Source: an uncultured Pseudomonadales bacterium (lineage in GTDB: Bacteria > Patescibacteriota > Microgenomatia > UBA1400 > PJMF01). Taken from it: DNA of 64,000 nt. The position numbers were made by a program, and so were the translations under genes. Location of the stretch: the NCBI GenBank assembly GCA_964574595.1, contig CAZNOF010000008.1, positions 15 through 64,014 of the forward strand. The letters are read 5' to 3'. A model generated the notes under the pieces. It saw only the letters and a list, made by a program, of their open reading frames with translations. It was not told the DNA's origin and did not search any database. Positions 10,316 to 20,496 of the stretch are shown here, piece by piece (the first letter of the stretch is position 1; each line of letters starts with the position of its first letter).

Positions 10316-11353
10316 TTAGGACTCTGAATTTCCTTGAGCAATCTGTCTATAAATAATAGCAGTTTCATGAGCTGTGCGTGTCCAGGAAAATTGATCTACC
10401 CAGCTTCTTCCTTTTTTAATTAACTCTTTTCTCTCATCTGCTGTGAGTTGAAGAATCTTTTTTACACCTTCGGCGATTGATTCAGCATTTGGTTCAACAT
10501 ATTGTGAGACTTCCCCACCGACTTCAACGAGGGAAGAGTTCTTGCAACTCACAACAGGAGTCTCACATGTAAATGCCTCAACGACCGGCAAGCCAAATCC
10601 CTCATATAGTGACGGTTGAACGTAACAGATGGCGCCACTATAAATTGCTGACAGAATCTGATCGCTGTCTGCACCCAACTTAGTCAAAAAATGCACTCGG
10701 CTACTTACATCACTTAACGCCAACTGCACTTCGATGGCTTCCCACTCAGGAATCGGATGGGCAAAAAAATTCTTCCCAACGCAGACTAAATGAATATCTT
10801 CGTGGAGAAATTTGAGTGATTTGATCAACTGTGGGAGGTTTTTATTATAATTAATATCTCCTACGTATAAAATATATTTTTTAGGCAGTTGGAACACTGC
10901 CGTCAGTTGATCAATTTCGTGTTTGGCAACTGGACGAAGATTTGGATTCGGTGCTAAGGCAACTACATGGACTTTGCTCTCTGGCACTGCAAGGTATTTG
11001 ATAATATCTGCTTTGGATGCGTTTGAGTCAGTGATGATCGCTTTAGTTGATCGAAGTGCAATTTTTTGACGAAGTAAATTGAACGTGCCTCTTTTTCCGG
11101 CTTTATACTGTTTTGGAAAAACAAGTGGGATCACATCATGAATTGTGACGACAGTAGCAGCCTTCTTTTTAAGAGGAAGCGTAGCGAAGAAAAAATCGAA
11201 AAAAGGATAATGAATAATATCTGGGTGGTCTGAAACAAGCTCAATGTCCGAAATCTTCCGCAACTCCGACTGTAAGAATCTGGTGTAGACACCGACCCCA
11301 CGGTGAGCATTTTCGTTTTGTAATGGAGATGTCTCGAGTAAAATTTTTGGCAT
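10316..11353 (-). CDS. glycosyltransferase family 1 (GT4-type)
   Basis: C-terminal EGFGLPVVEAFTCETPVVSCKNSSLVEVGG motif. Confidence 0.85.
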   Translation of the reverse strand: MPKILLETSPLQNENAHRGVGVYTRFLQSELRKISDIELVSDHPDIIHYPFFDFFFATLPLKKKAATVVTIHDVIPLVFPKQYKAGKRGTFNLLRQKIALRSTKAIITDSNASKADIIKYLAVPESKVHVVALAPNPNLRPVAKHEIDQLTAVFQLPKKYILYVGDINYNKNLPQLIKSLKFLHEDIHLVCVGKNFFAHPIPEWEAIEVQLALSDVSSRVHFLTKLGADSDQILSAIYSGAICYVQPSLYEGFGLPVVEAFTCETPVVSCKNSSLVEVGGEVSQYVEPNAESIAEGVKKILQLTADERKELIKKGRSWVDQFSWTRTAHETAIIYRQIAQGNSES

Positions 11354-11359
11354 ATCCAG

Positions 11360-12145
11360 TTAGGCCTTTTGAGTCATTTCCCACAGCTTTAAGTATGCCA
11401 CAAAATGATGAAACCCGCTGAAAAGTGCAAACACAAGTCCTGGTACGCCATCAACAAACCCCTTATGGCGAAGATACAAAGATAAAAACGTGGAGAGCGG
11501 CATGAAAACGAGATAGTTACACGAGTTCAGAAAGGAAATCTTGACCCCTCGATCTGAAAGTTGCTGGGCTTTAAAACTGGTATAGGTATTAAATTTGCGC
11601 AGATAATCTGAAAATGATGGATTCCCGTAGTGAAGCAAGTGACCTTCTGCCCAACCAACCTCGCCATCAACGACCATTTGCTCGTGGACATCTTTTTGTG
11701 GAAGTTTGGCTTTGCCTTTTTTGTAGAGTCGAATAACGGGATCAGGATACTGGCCACCTTTTTTCAAGAATTGACCCATAAAGTAATTTTTTCGCCTGAT
11801 CCACCAAGCACTTTCTTTTATGTCAGATGTATTCTGTGAGATCAATCGCTTGATAAAGTTTGCTAACTCTTCATCAACTACCTCGTCAGCATCAAGTTGC
11901 AAAATCAGATCACCTTTCGCTTCGTCCATCGCAATTTGTTTATTAATATGAAAGTTGGCTTTATTTGTCGTGGAGATCACTTTTGCGCCTAAGGATTTTG
12001 CCAATGCAACTGTGCCATCAGTTGACTCGCCGTCAACCACAATGATTTCATCGCTGAAATTTTTTACGGCGATCAGGCATCTTTTTAAGTTTGCTTCTTC
12101 GTTATGTGTGGTTAGAACAACTGAAAACATACTTACTTTCTCCAA
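11360..12145 (-). CDS. glycosyltransferase family 2
   Basis: FSVVLTTHNEEANLKRCL...VVDGESTDGT...LQLDADE (DxD) typical GT2-A domain. Confidence 0.8.
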   Translation of the reverse strand: MEKVSMFSVVLTTHNEEANLKRCLIAVKNFSDEIIVVDGESTDGTVALAKSLGAKVISTTNKANFHINKQIAMDEAKGDLILQLDADEVVDEELANFIKRLISQNTSDIKESAWWIRRKNYFMGQFLKKGGQYPDPVIRLYKKGKAKLPQKDVHEQMVVDGEVGWAEGHLLHYGNPSFSDYLRKFNTYTSFKAQQLSDRGVKISFLNSCNYLVFMPLSTFLSLYLRHKGFVDGVPGLVFALFSGFHHFVAYLKLWEMTQKA

Positions 12146-13680
12146 ATTTCGATATTAGGACCTTCAAGGTTGGGAATTTTGATGATGCTCTTGGGTTTAC
12201 CGAACACTTGAATTTGATAAGCTGGAATTGTATCAGCAGCTTTATTTTTCTGATTTTCGTTGATAATGACAAGGGTGGTGACAGGTTCACTAATGTCATA
12301 CGGAATTGGTGGAATAGTTGTGGCATTTAAGAAGTAGCGATAGTTTAAGGCGTAAAAGTCACCTGACTCTGATAACAGGACAACATCATACTTCTCGCCT
12401 TGATGAAGTTGAGGGAAAACTTGATCAGAAATATGTTTGACGTTATAGATAGTCCAACCCTGACTTTTTAATGGCAGGTTTCTTAAATTAAACCAGCCAA
12501 ATATTGCCAAGAAGGTAATCAGCAATATTTTGCCAAGCAATTTCTTCTCTACATTTGCCAACAGACCGCCCCAAAAAAGTAAACTCATTGGCACCATGAA
12601 AAGTAAGTAATGATCGAAAATTGAACGTTTATAGGCAGAGATTCCGGCGATACTTAGTAGTAAATAAATCAGTACTAGAAACTGACCATCCCAGTGTTGA
12701 ATGTTCTTACGCCATTTAAAGAAATAAACCAAGTAAGCACCGAGCGCAATCAGTAAGAAGTTCTGTATTTCAGTAAGTTTGCCAAAGAATAGGGTGAACA
12801 TAACCTCCAATGTTCTCCCGTGGCTCTCTCTCATGACTCCCAAAAGAACTTCCGAGAGTCTGGTCTCCGATTTATCAGTCAGAATTTTCTCTGACACAAA
12901 AATAGATTGAAAGGCTTTTGTATTAACCCAGTTGTGCTTAAGATCAAATAAAAATAAGGGTGTAAAAGAAATAATCACTATCAAGACGCTACCAAGGGTA
13001 GCTGCAAAAAAAGTTGTCAGCGATGTTTTTGACAGTTTGTCTTTACTTCTAATCAGCGTAACGAGTGAAACCAACCAAAAGAAGCCGGCTCCTCCCAACA
13101 TTAAGAGGGTGATGTAGTGCAGTTGGAGCAAAATACTAAAACAGACAGCAACTGCCATCCAGTAGCGTACATTCTTTTTCCAGGCTAGGTATGTAAAGTA
13201 CATCATTAAGAGCGCTACAAACGGTGCGGGATTTGGATTCCAGCTGAAGCGAGCAAAATAAATAAGCGTTGAAGAAACGGCGGCTAAAAGAGCAGCGATC
13301 CACCCGCCAAACTCGCCAATCATTTTTGATCCAATATAGTAAAAAGCGTAGACAGTAAGGATACTTAAGATAGCAACACCATAGGCTGGTCCTAATGGAC
13401 TCGGATACGTTAGAGCCAAAAATGGCAACATAAAGTAGTAGTACAAAGGTCCTAAGTACATGTTCCCTACACTGGTGACTGGACCGATGAACACGAGCTT
13501 ATGCTGAACAAGGATTCGACTAACGAGTAAGGCATCTCTAGCTTGATCTGCCTGAAAGATCATCGTGTTTGGCAAATTGTAGAGTCTGAAAAAAGCAGCC
13601 AGAATGAGTAAAGCTGTAAGTAACAACGTTTTCATTTTGTTTTTTTGAAGTGAGTGCTGTAATGAAGTGAGTAATTTCAT
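12133..13680 (-). CDS. polytopic membrane protein, paralog family A (putative GT-C glycosyltransferase)
   Basis: FRLYNLPNTMIFQADQARDALLVSRIL...GPVTSVGNMYLGPLYYYFMLPFLALTYPSPLGPAY is nearly collinear with the 44004-45539 product. The ORF-track start at 13725 would overlap the upstream gene by 43 bp, so the internal ATG at 13680 (MKLLTS...) is preferred; 13635 is also possible. Confidence 0.55.
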   Translation of the reverse strand: MKLLTSLQHSLQKNKMKTLLLTALLILAAFFRLYNLPNTMIFQADQARDALLVSRILVQHKLVFIGPVTSVGNMYLGPLYYYFMLPFLALTYPSPLGPAYGVAILSILTVYAFYYIGSKMIGEFGGWIAALLAAVSSTLIYFARFSWNPNPAPFVALLMMYFTYLAWKKNVRYWMAVAVCFSILLQLHYITLLMLGGAGFFWLVSLVTLIRSKDKLSKTSLTTFFAATLGSVLIVIISFTPLFLFDLKHNWVNTKAFQSIFVSEKILTDKSETRLSEVLLGVMRESHGRTLEVMFTLFFGKLTEIQNFLLIALGAYLVYFFKWRKNIQHWDGQFLVLIYLLLSIAGISAYKRSIFDHYLLFMVPMSLLFWGGLLANVEKKLLGKILLITFLAIFGWFNLRNLPLKSQGWTIYNVKHISDQVFPQLHQGEKYDVVLLSESGDFYALNYRYFLNATTIPPIPYDISEPVTTLVIINENQKNKAADTIPAYQIQVFGKPKSIIKIPNLEGPNIEIWRK

Positions 13681-13682
13681 GT

Positions 13683-15290
13683 TTAAAATTGATGTATCAG
13701 CCATTCGCTTTTCGACGCGTCCCATTCCAAAACGGTCTTTTCATCTGTGCGTCTGTCTAGTACTTTCCCAATAAAATGGAACCGTCCTACTTGTTCGCCA
13801 TATTTAAAGTTAATCTTATCTGGAAGCTGCTTTTTCACAGTAGATGAAAATTGAGCTGGGGTCATTTTTAAATACCACGCAAGTAAAATATAGTTGAATC
13901 CACGTTGATCAACAATGGCTAAAGGACCAGAACTCTCCTCGTTTACTTTTTGCAAAGCTTTATCAAAACCTGGTTCAAACATGCCTTGCAGTTGATTGCT
14001 CCGTCCATAAACGTTGAAGTAGAAGTACTGGTACTGAAAAACCTCGATCAGTAACAGTGCGCAAAAAAGAGCTAACAGAGTTATATTCAGTTTTGGATTG
14101 TGAGCTTTTTTTGATAACCAGTTACTCGTTAATAAAAGACCAGATGCGGCAAATAAGCACCACAAAAAGAAAAATAATAAACTTCGCGTGGCTTGGGGTG
14201 AATTAACGGTAATGATTGACGGCAACAGTGAGGTGAAGAAAAGAAATAAGACAGCGAGTTGTGTCAAATTCCCTTTCTTTTTGTAGATAATTTCACGTAC
14301 CGCCATAAATAGCGCTGAGAAAATGCCAATTAAACCAAAGATATAAATTGTCCAGTTTAAATATCCATATCCCACCATGGTATGCCAAGGATGACCACCA
14401 ACGTTGTAAAGCAAGAATGCTGGCGACCATGATTTAGCATAGTTTTGCGCCATCAATTGACCATAGAAAAGGTATTTATTTCCCAGTATTGAGCTAGCAA
14501 TGCCGTGGAACTGTGCTCGGTACTCTCCAAATTGCTGTAAGGTGGTTTCATCTCCAAATAGTGTGATCTTGCTTTTCTGCTGTGTAAGCGGCCAAAAATA
14601 GGCAAAGAAGCAAAGCCAGATTGCTGAAATGACGATAATTGGTCTGATCCACCTTTGCCAATGAACGATGTTTTGGGAGAGAATGAAGGTTGCTATGATG
14701 ATTGGAACGAGCAGAACAGGTGAGTTATATGTCAGCAAAGCCAACAAGAACAAAAGACTAGCGAAGAGCTCAAGGAGTATTTTGTTTTTGGAAGTTGTCA
14801 GTAATCTAGATTGAAATAGCAAGCTTAAACCACTCAGTAAGTAGGCCAGTGTCACCATTGCCTCAAAGGCAACTCTCGAGTAGAAGAAAAACACCGGCAC
14901 GGTTGCGATCAAACTTGCCGCTAACAATGCTTCGGACTTTTTCTTTCCTAGCTGCAACGTGAGAATGTAGGCAAGGACAATCAAGGCTGAGCCGGCAATC
15001 AGCGAAGGCAGTTTTACTACCCAGTCGGCATAGCCAAATAGTTGAAATGAACCAACTACTAATGCTGGATAACCAATTAATTTCTGATCTCCAAAAGCGT
15101 CTAGGACCAGCGGCCATTGTTTACCCCACTCGTCCTTTCCTGTTTCTTTCAACAGGACTGCATTGTAGGCAATTGAGGCTTCGTCTGGATTTAGAATCTT
15201 GGGCACTTCTCCGAGCTTAAAGAAGTGCAACCCTGTCGTGATTAAAACGATCAAAACGAGCCATTTGTGAGTTATCAAGAGTGATCTCAT
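13683..15290 (-). CDS. PMT_2/ArnT-like membrane glycosyltransferase (GT39/GT83 superfamily), tandem paralog 1
   Basis: 535 aa polytopic protein. LNPDEASIAYNAVLLKETGKDEWGKQWPL loop motif (DE catalytic dyad). Confidence 0.65.
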   Translation of the reverse strand: MRSLLITHKWLVLIVLITTGLHFFKLGEVPKILNPDEASIAYNAVLLKETGKDEWGKQWPLVLDAFGDQKLIGYPALVVGSFQLFGYADWVVKLPSLIAGSALIVLAYILTLQLGKKKSEALLAASLIATVPVFFFYSRVAFEAMVTLAYLLSGLSLLFQSRLLTTSKNKILLELFASLLFLLALLTYNSPVLLVPIIIATFILSQNIVHWQRWIRPIIVISAIWLCFFAYFWPLTQQKSKITLFGDETTLQQFGEYRAQFHGIASSILGNKYLFYGQLMAQNYAKSWSPAFLLYNVGGHPWHTMVGYGYLNWTIYIFGLIGIFSALFMAVREIIYKKKGNLTQLAVLFLFFTSLLPSIITVNSPQATRSLLFFFLWCLFAASGLLLTSNWLSKKAHNPKLNITLLALFCALLLIEVFQYQYFYFNVYGRSNQLQGMFEPGFDKALQKVNEESSGPLAIVDQRGFNYILLAWYLKMTPAQFSSTVKKQLPDKINFKYGEQVGRFHFIGKVLDRRTDEKTVLEWDASKSEWLIHQF

Positions 15291-17044
15291 GGCATCCCCT
15301 TTTTGACTTTGGCAACCTGATAGGTGGTTTGATGGCCTGCTTTGACGGTCTGAGCAGAAAGCAGCTGGTAGCGAGATTTCTGAACGAACTCTTCAACCTG
15401 CTGCTCTGTTCCCACTACAACTGCCTCGCTCGCTAAGTCAGTGGGAAGGTGTTCTGTGTAAATCTGATCGAAGTCCCGAACTTGAAACTGTGTTTTAGGA
15501 AGCTGCTGAATTTGCTGAGGAGTGTAAGGTCCATACGCGAGTAACCATAAATAGAATCGATCATCAAAAGGCATTACATAAACCGCCTTCTTATTATCCC
15601 GTTGGATGAAGATTTGCATCGCCATTTCTTCAAAACCGCCCTGCCAGGCTGAAGCAGACAGCGAGGGATAAATCGAAAAATAAAACTGACTAAATTGTAG
15701 GAGAGAGATGATAAGTACGAAAGAAAAACCAGAAAAACTTAAGGTTGACAGTAGAGATCCAGTTTTTCTCAACATCAAAAAACTAACAGCCAGTCCAACT
15801 CCAATCACTGAGGCAAGCGGTAACAAGGCATTTATGGAGCGGAGGGCGTGTGGGGTGGTATTAGGCACAGAAGCTGGCAGCAATGAGAACATCCACCAAC
15901 AGAAGAAAAGGAAGGCAATTTTTGGGTAACTTCTAAATAAAGCGTACCAGCCAATGAAGAAGAATGGCATAAAAATCAAGAAGAAAAGCCCATGTTCGCC
16001 AGTTCCGTGTCGTAGGTTTGGATCACCAGAAACAAATAAGAAATTGAGAGACAAATTGTCAGCATAATTTGATAACAACTTTTTCCCTGTTAGCCACCAT
16101 CGATAGAAAATGATTCGATCTAGTCGCGTATTCCCTGCTTGTTCACGGTAAACATTTGACTGAATGACGTCAGCATCATTCTTTAAAACGGAATCTGTGC
16201 TTAATCGGAAAGTATTACTCGCCGCATAAAGTGGTGATTTCAGCATTGGTAGCAACCCAACTCCAAAAATGATGAGGGGCAATACAACTGCCAGAATTAG
16301 CTCTGTGAATGAGCGCTTAATGTTGTGCTCCCAGGAGCGTAGTTTAGGAAGTGCAATAAATAGGAATGCAAATACCAGAAAAACGCCAATCCACACGAAC
16401 CTTACTGAGAAGTAGCTGTACGTAGCCAAGAGACCCAACACCGGTGAAAGTAAAATGAGCCACCGATTTTTTAAACTCATCACGGCAAAAAGGATGGATG
16501 CAGCTAATAAGGCTTGTCCTACATGAGCTTCGAACCCTGTTCGAGAAAAAAGAATTGACCATGGAGATAGAGCCACGCTTAAACTGGTCAAAACACCGGC
16601 TAACTTTGGCAAAGGAACTATTTGTCGCTTATTTTGATTTCTGTGGCCAGCACCTAAACGCTGACCAGACTCTAGCTCAAGCAATTTCTTGATTAAAACA
16701 CCGGAAATGAGAATTGTTGAGAAACCAGCAACTGCGCTTGGTACTCTAACGGCTAAGTCATTTGCTCCGAAGAGTTTAACGCTGGCTGCTGTCGCCCAAA
16801 TATACACCGGCAATTTGTAATCTCCATAAGAGGGGTAAATGACCTGGTACCAAGGTCGCCCATGCATATCTTTCCCTGTTTCAGCAACAGATTTCGCATC
16901 AATCAGAATCGCTACCTCGTCCCAATACAGTCCAGTTGGAACACTGCCAAGTTGATAGACACGCAAGAAAAGAGACCACAAGAACAGAATTGTAATTCCA
17001 GCAATTAGAGAGAGCTGCCACTTATTCTGCATAAAAGTAATCAT
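15287..17044 (-). CDS. PMT_2/ArnT-like membrane glycosyltransferase, tandem paralog 2
   Basis: 585 aa polytopic protein. LYWDEVAILIDAKSVAETGKDMHGRPWYQ motif. 4-bp overlap with the downstream paralog. Confidence 0.65.
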   Translation of the reverse strand: MITFMQNKWQLSLIAGITILFLWSLFLRVYQLGSVPTGLYWDEVAILIDAKSVAETGKDMHGRPWYQVIYPSYGDYKLPVYIWATAASVKLFGANDLAVRVPSAVAGFSTILISGVLIKKLLELESGQRLGAGHRNQNKRQIVPLPKLAGVLTSLSVALSPWSILFSRTGFEAHVGQALLAASILFAVMSLKNRWLILLSPVLGLLATYSYFSVRFVWIGVFLVFAFLFIALPKLRSWEHNIKRSFTELILAVVLPLIIFGVGLLPMLKSPLYAASNTFRLSTDSVLKNDADVIQSNVYREQAGNTRLDRIIFYRWWLTGKKLLSNYADNLSLNFLFVSGDPNLRHGTGEHGLFFLIFMPFFFIGWYALFRSYPKIAFLFFCWWMFSLLPASVPNTTPHALRSINALLPLASVIGVGLAVSFLMLRKTGSLLSTLSFSGFSFVLIISLLQFSQFYFSIYPSLSASAWQGGFEEMAMQIFIQRDNKKAVYVMPFDDRFYLWLLAYGPYTPQQIQQLPKTQFQVRDFDQIYTEHLPTDLASEAVVVGTEQQVEEFVQKSRYQLLSAQTVKAGHQTTYQVAKVKKGMP

Positions 17045-17054
17045 AGCATGAAGC

Positions 17055-18746
17055 TTATTTTTTCAGGGGTGCGCTAGGTGTATATAGTGATGGTTCGAAC
17101 TGCACGAACGCATATGCTGCAGCGTTATCTTTGAAACCGACAACCTTCAGTTTTTTATAGTAGGTAGGCAGTTCGCAATAGGCTGGAATCACATAGAGCA
17201 TGTGTGGGTCTATCGTTAATGAACACTCTTCGGTGACAAATCGAAACTTGCCAATCGTGTAACTCGTTTGCTTCCTAACAGAGTAACTTTGGTGCATCTC
17301 AGAATGGGAAATAGTCCCATTCAAGGCTAAATAAATATAAGGATCGCCTGAGATTGAACGGGTAATTCTGACAGTTGTGAATTTTGATTGCAACTGCTTT
17401 ACGGCGGCAGCCATTTCTTGATCGGCGTAGTTACGGCTCCACGGATGGTAGTTTGGTTGTTGGACGAGATATTGATTGGCAAAGTATAAAGTGCCCCAAA
17501 GGTACCCTGCCAAAACAACTAGTTTCAAAAAACTAGACATCATTCCTCTGCCACCCCATAACTCAGTTATGGCAACGGAGACGAAATATAAGAGTGGCAA
17601 GACCATGGTGAAGGCTCGAATTTCGCTGGGTACCTCTTGGGTAGTTATTGCGGCTGCTAACGGAGAGAAAAGAAGCAGTAGGCCAAAGTAGCAGGCAATC
17701 TTTTGATGTTTTTTAAGACTGAAAGCTTTGACTAAGCCAAACAACAAAAGCGGTAATTCAATCAGGTACATAATTCCATGGAAGGGCACCGCGTACCTAG
17801 CGGGTGAGCCACCCTGAAAGAACAGGAAGTCAGGAGTGAAATGCTGGAAAAAGAGCTCGCTAATGGCCATGCCATAATTAACTAGTTTATTATGAAATAG
17901 CCGAATAAGGACTCCTGGGAGATATGGAGTTGCAATTCTGGTTTGCTCTTCCAAGATAAGTTGTGGATTTGCTTGAGAGAAAATGCTGACCTGACCAAAG
18001 CGAGTCAAGCCGCTTGCAAGACCAAACGAGATCTCAACAAATAACAGCACACTGACGATGAAAAGTGGAACGAACTGAATGAGTTGCCTTTTCTTTTCTT
18101 TAGTGAAAAAAAGATATGTAGCGAGCAGGGTGAGTGGCAGAAATACCTTGGCAGAGTGGTAACTATAAATAGCCAGAGCAAATGATCCTAACGTCACTAC
18201 GGCAGCTATGAGCCGTATTTTTCCTTTACAAAAATACGTAAATGAAAGTAAGCAAAGCATTGAAAAGAAAAATGACATAACAACTTCTTGAGTTGCTCTG
18301 GATAAGATCAGATGCCAGGGAGAGATCACCATCAAGAAAAGGAGTAAAATGGCCTGTTTTTTATCGATTACTTCCCTTGCAAGCAAGTATATGAAAACGA
18401 GCGACAATGACCCCATTAGCGCGGCCGGCATCCGAGAAGCTGCCGTTGTATTGCCCATCAGAGAAATAAAAGGGATTTGTAAATATGAGTAGAGAGCTGG
18501 CTTAGGATCTATGAAGGAGTTGAGAAAAATGGGCCATTTGCGATTATCTTCATCCTTGCCGGTTTCTTTTAAAGAAATTGCATTGTAAAAAAATGAGGCT
18601 TCGTCATTATGTAGTCCAGATGGATGTATTTCCAATTGTGTACTGCGAAGAACGAGTCCGAGGAACAGAAAAAAGCTTACCAAGATAGCCTGTTTCTTAG
18701 ATTTCCAGATATGAATAACTGCTTGCATAATTAAACTGGTATTCAC
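17055..18746 (-). CDS. PMT_2/ArnT-like membrane glycosyltransferase, tandem paralog 3
   Basis: 563 aa polytopic protein. LHNDEASFFYNAISLKETGKDEDNRKWPIFL motif. Confidence 0.65.
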   Translation of the reverse strand: MNTSLIMQAVIHIWKSKKQAILVSFFLFLGLVLRSTQLEIHPSGLHNDEASFFYNAISLKETGKDEDNRKWPIFLNSFIDPKPALYSYLQIPFISLMGNTTAASRMPAALMGSLSLVFIYLLAREVIDKKQAILLLFLMVISPWHLILSRATQEVVMSFFFSMLCLLSFTYFCKGKIRLIAAVVTLGSFALAIYSYHSAKVFLPLTLLATYLFFTKEKKRQLIQFVPLFIVSVLLFVEISFGLASGLTRFGQVSIFSQANPQLILEEQTRIATPYLPGVLIRLFHNKLVNYGMAISELFFQHFTPDFLFFQGGSPARYAVPFHGIMYLIELPLLLFGLVKAFSLKKHQKIACYFGLLLLFSPLAAAITTQEVPSEIRAFTMVLPLLYFVSVAITELWGGRGMMSSFLKLVVLAGYLWGTLYFANQYLVQQPNYHPWSRNYADQEMAAAVKQLQSKFTTVRITRSISGDPYIYLALNGTISHSEMHQSYSVRKQTSYTIGKFRFVTEECSLTIDPHMLYVIPAYCELPTYYKKLKVVGFKDNAAAYAFVQFEPSLYTPSAPLKK

Positions 18747-18770
18747 CCTAATGGTTGTTATACTAAGTAT

Positions 18771-19220
18771 ATGTCACTAAGTATCGGTTCGTCCGCACCA
18801 GATTTTCAATTACCTGACTTTGAAGGCGCAACTCACTCACTCTCTGATTATAAAGGTAAGTGGGTACTCCTCTACTTCTACCCAAAAGATGATACTCCAG
18901 GTTGCACCAAAGAAGCATGCAGTTTCCGTGACGCTTACTCAGAGTTGTCTCAATCTGTAGAAATAATTGGAGTGAGTGCCGACTCGGTAGAAAGTCACAA
19001 AGCTTTTAAGGAAAAGTATCACTTACCATTTCTCATTCTGTCCGATTCGAAAAAAGAGATCATTCATAGTTATCAAGTTGATGGTTCCCTCTTTCCTAAA
19101 CGAACAACCTTTTTAATTAATCCCGCTGGCCAGATTGCGAAAGTATATGACAAAGTGAACGTTAACACGCACACTGAGCAAATTCTGAGAGATGTTCAGG
19201 GATTGAAGTCGGAAAGTTAA
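18771..19220 (+). CDS. bcp: thiol peroxidase / peroxiredoxin Bcp (AhpC-TSA family)
   Basis: 149 aa with DDTPGCTKEACSFRD, the peroxidatic cysteine in the canonical PxxxTxxC context. Confidence 0.8.
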   Translation: MSLSIGSSAPDFQLPDFEGATHSLSDYKGKWVLLYFYPKDDTPGCTKEACSFRDAYSELSQSVEIIGVSADSVESHKAFKEKYHLPFLILSDSKKEIIHSYQVDGSLFPKRTTFLINPAGQIAKVYDKVNVNTHTEQILRDVQGLKSES

Positions 19221-19221
19221 G

Positions 19222-20496
19222 ATGAAGCGAAATCAGGCACTTCCCATATTGCTGATCGTGTTTTTTATTCTTTCTAGATTGTACATTTGGTTTGCTCGGC
19301 CAATGGCATTTACTGAGATTATTTACAGTTATATGCCTTATGCAAATCTTTGGGCCAGTGGCACGAAACCGTATCTGCAGCAGTGGTATGAGTACCCTCC
19401 AGCTACGATTCCACTGTTCTATATTCCCCACGTTATTGACATGGCAACTCGATTTAAGTTGGTACATCTGAACTATTTAGATGCTTACCGCTCTCAGTTA
19501 CTATTGTGGGACACCGGACTATTTTTCTTGCTTTGGCTGACACTTAAGAAGATTGCCAAGTCACAAAAAATGCACTGGATCGCTTTGTTGTACTACATTC
19601 TTCTCATGATGAAGGCTCATGACTTTGCTTACGATACGATGGACTTAACATTTGGTGCATCAATAATCCTGGGTGTGGTTGCTCCAGTTTTAGTAACAGG
19701 TTGGAAGGGTCAAATTACTTCGTGGTTTGGTTTCTTTTTGGCAACGGCCTTGAAGTACGTGAATGCACCATTAGCCCCGCTCTACGCATTGATTGAGAGG
19801 CGTGAGTTTAAACGCACCGCTATCTCAGCAATTATTGGTTTTCTGCTCATTTGGGCAGTTCCGTTAGCAATTTTCCGTTCATCAATTTTAGTCAGCTTGG
19901 TATACCAGAACATTCGTGGTATTCAAATTGATAGTGCACCCGCAATCGTTTTACGTACAATGAATGCTTTTACTCATTCCGAGCATGTTATTGAAGTATT
20001 TAAAAATTATGAAATTGCCGGTCCATTAACGGACAAAGCGAAGAGCATTGAAAAATATTTCTTCCCTGCAGCGGTTGCTGCCTACCTGCTAGCCAGTTCG
20101 GTATATGTGCTAAAGAATAAGTCACTCGATGCAAATTGGAGCAGAATTCATTTCACATATGGCTATGTGCTTATCTTTTTCTTAACAGGCAAGGTACTTT
20201 CAACTCCGTTCCTGCTTTGGATGATTCCGCTGGTAGCCGTCTATCCTTTTAGAAAAGATAAACAGCAGCTAACGGCAATTTTTCTGTCCTCACTGGCTAT
20301 CTTTGCCACCATGACTCGATTTTCGGATGACAGTATTGGCATCTTCCCCATTCCATTAATTGCTGGTTGGGTACGAACTCTCTCAATCTTGGGGTTATTT
20401 ATCCAGTGGTGCCTGATGGCCAAATTGGAAGTGCAAGCTACTCAATTACGTACAGCACCCAAACGATCTTCCCTGAAGGGTCTGAAATCTCGTTAA
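19222..20496 (+). CDS. polytopic membrane protein of unknown family (putative GT-C-type)
   Basis: 424 aa, about 10 TM helices, no recognisable soluble domain. Starts 2 nt after bcp. 3' end overlaps the convergent gene 20438-22255 by 59 bp. Confidence 0.4.
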   Translation: MKRNQALPILLIVFFILSRLYIWFARPMAFTEIIYSYMPYANLWASGTKPYLQQWYEYPPATIPLFYIPHVIDMATRFKLVHLNYLDAYRSQLLLWDTGLFFLLWLTLKKIAKSQKMHWIALLYYILLMMKAHDFAYDTMDLTFGASIILGVVAPVLVTGWKGQITSWFGFFLATALKYVNAPLAPLYALIERREFKRTAISAIIGFLLIWAVPLAIFRSSILVSLVYQNIRGIQIDSAPAIVLRTMNAFTHSEHVIEVFKNYEIAGPLTDKAKSIEKYFFPAAVAAYLLASSVYVLKNKSLDANWSRIHFTYGYVLIFFLTGKVLSTPFLLWMIPLVAVYPFRKDKQQLTAIFLSSLAIFATMTRFSDDSIGIFPIPLIAGWVRTLSILGLFIQWCLMAKLEVQATQLRTAPKRSSLKGLKSR

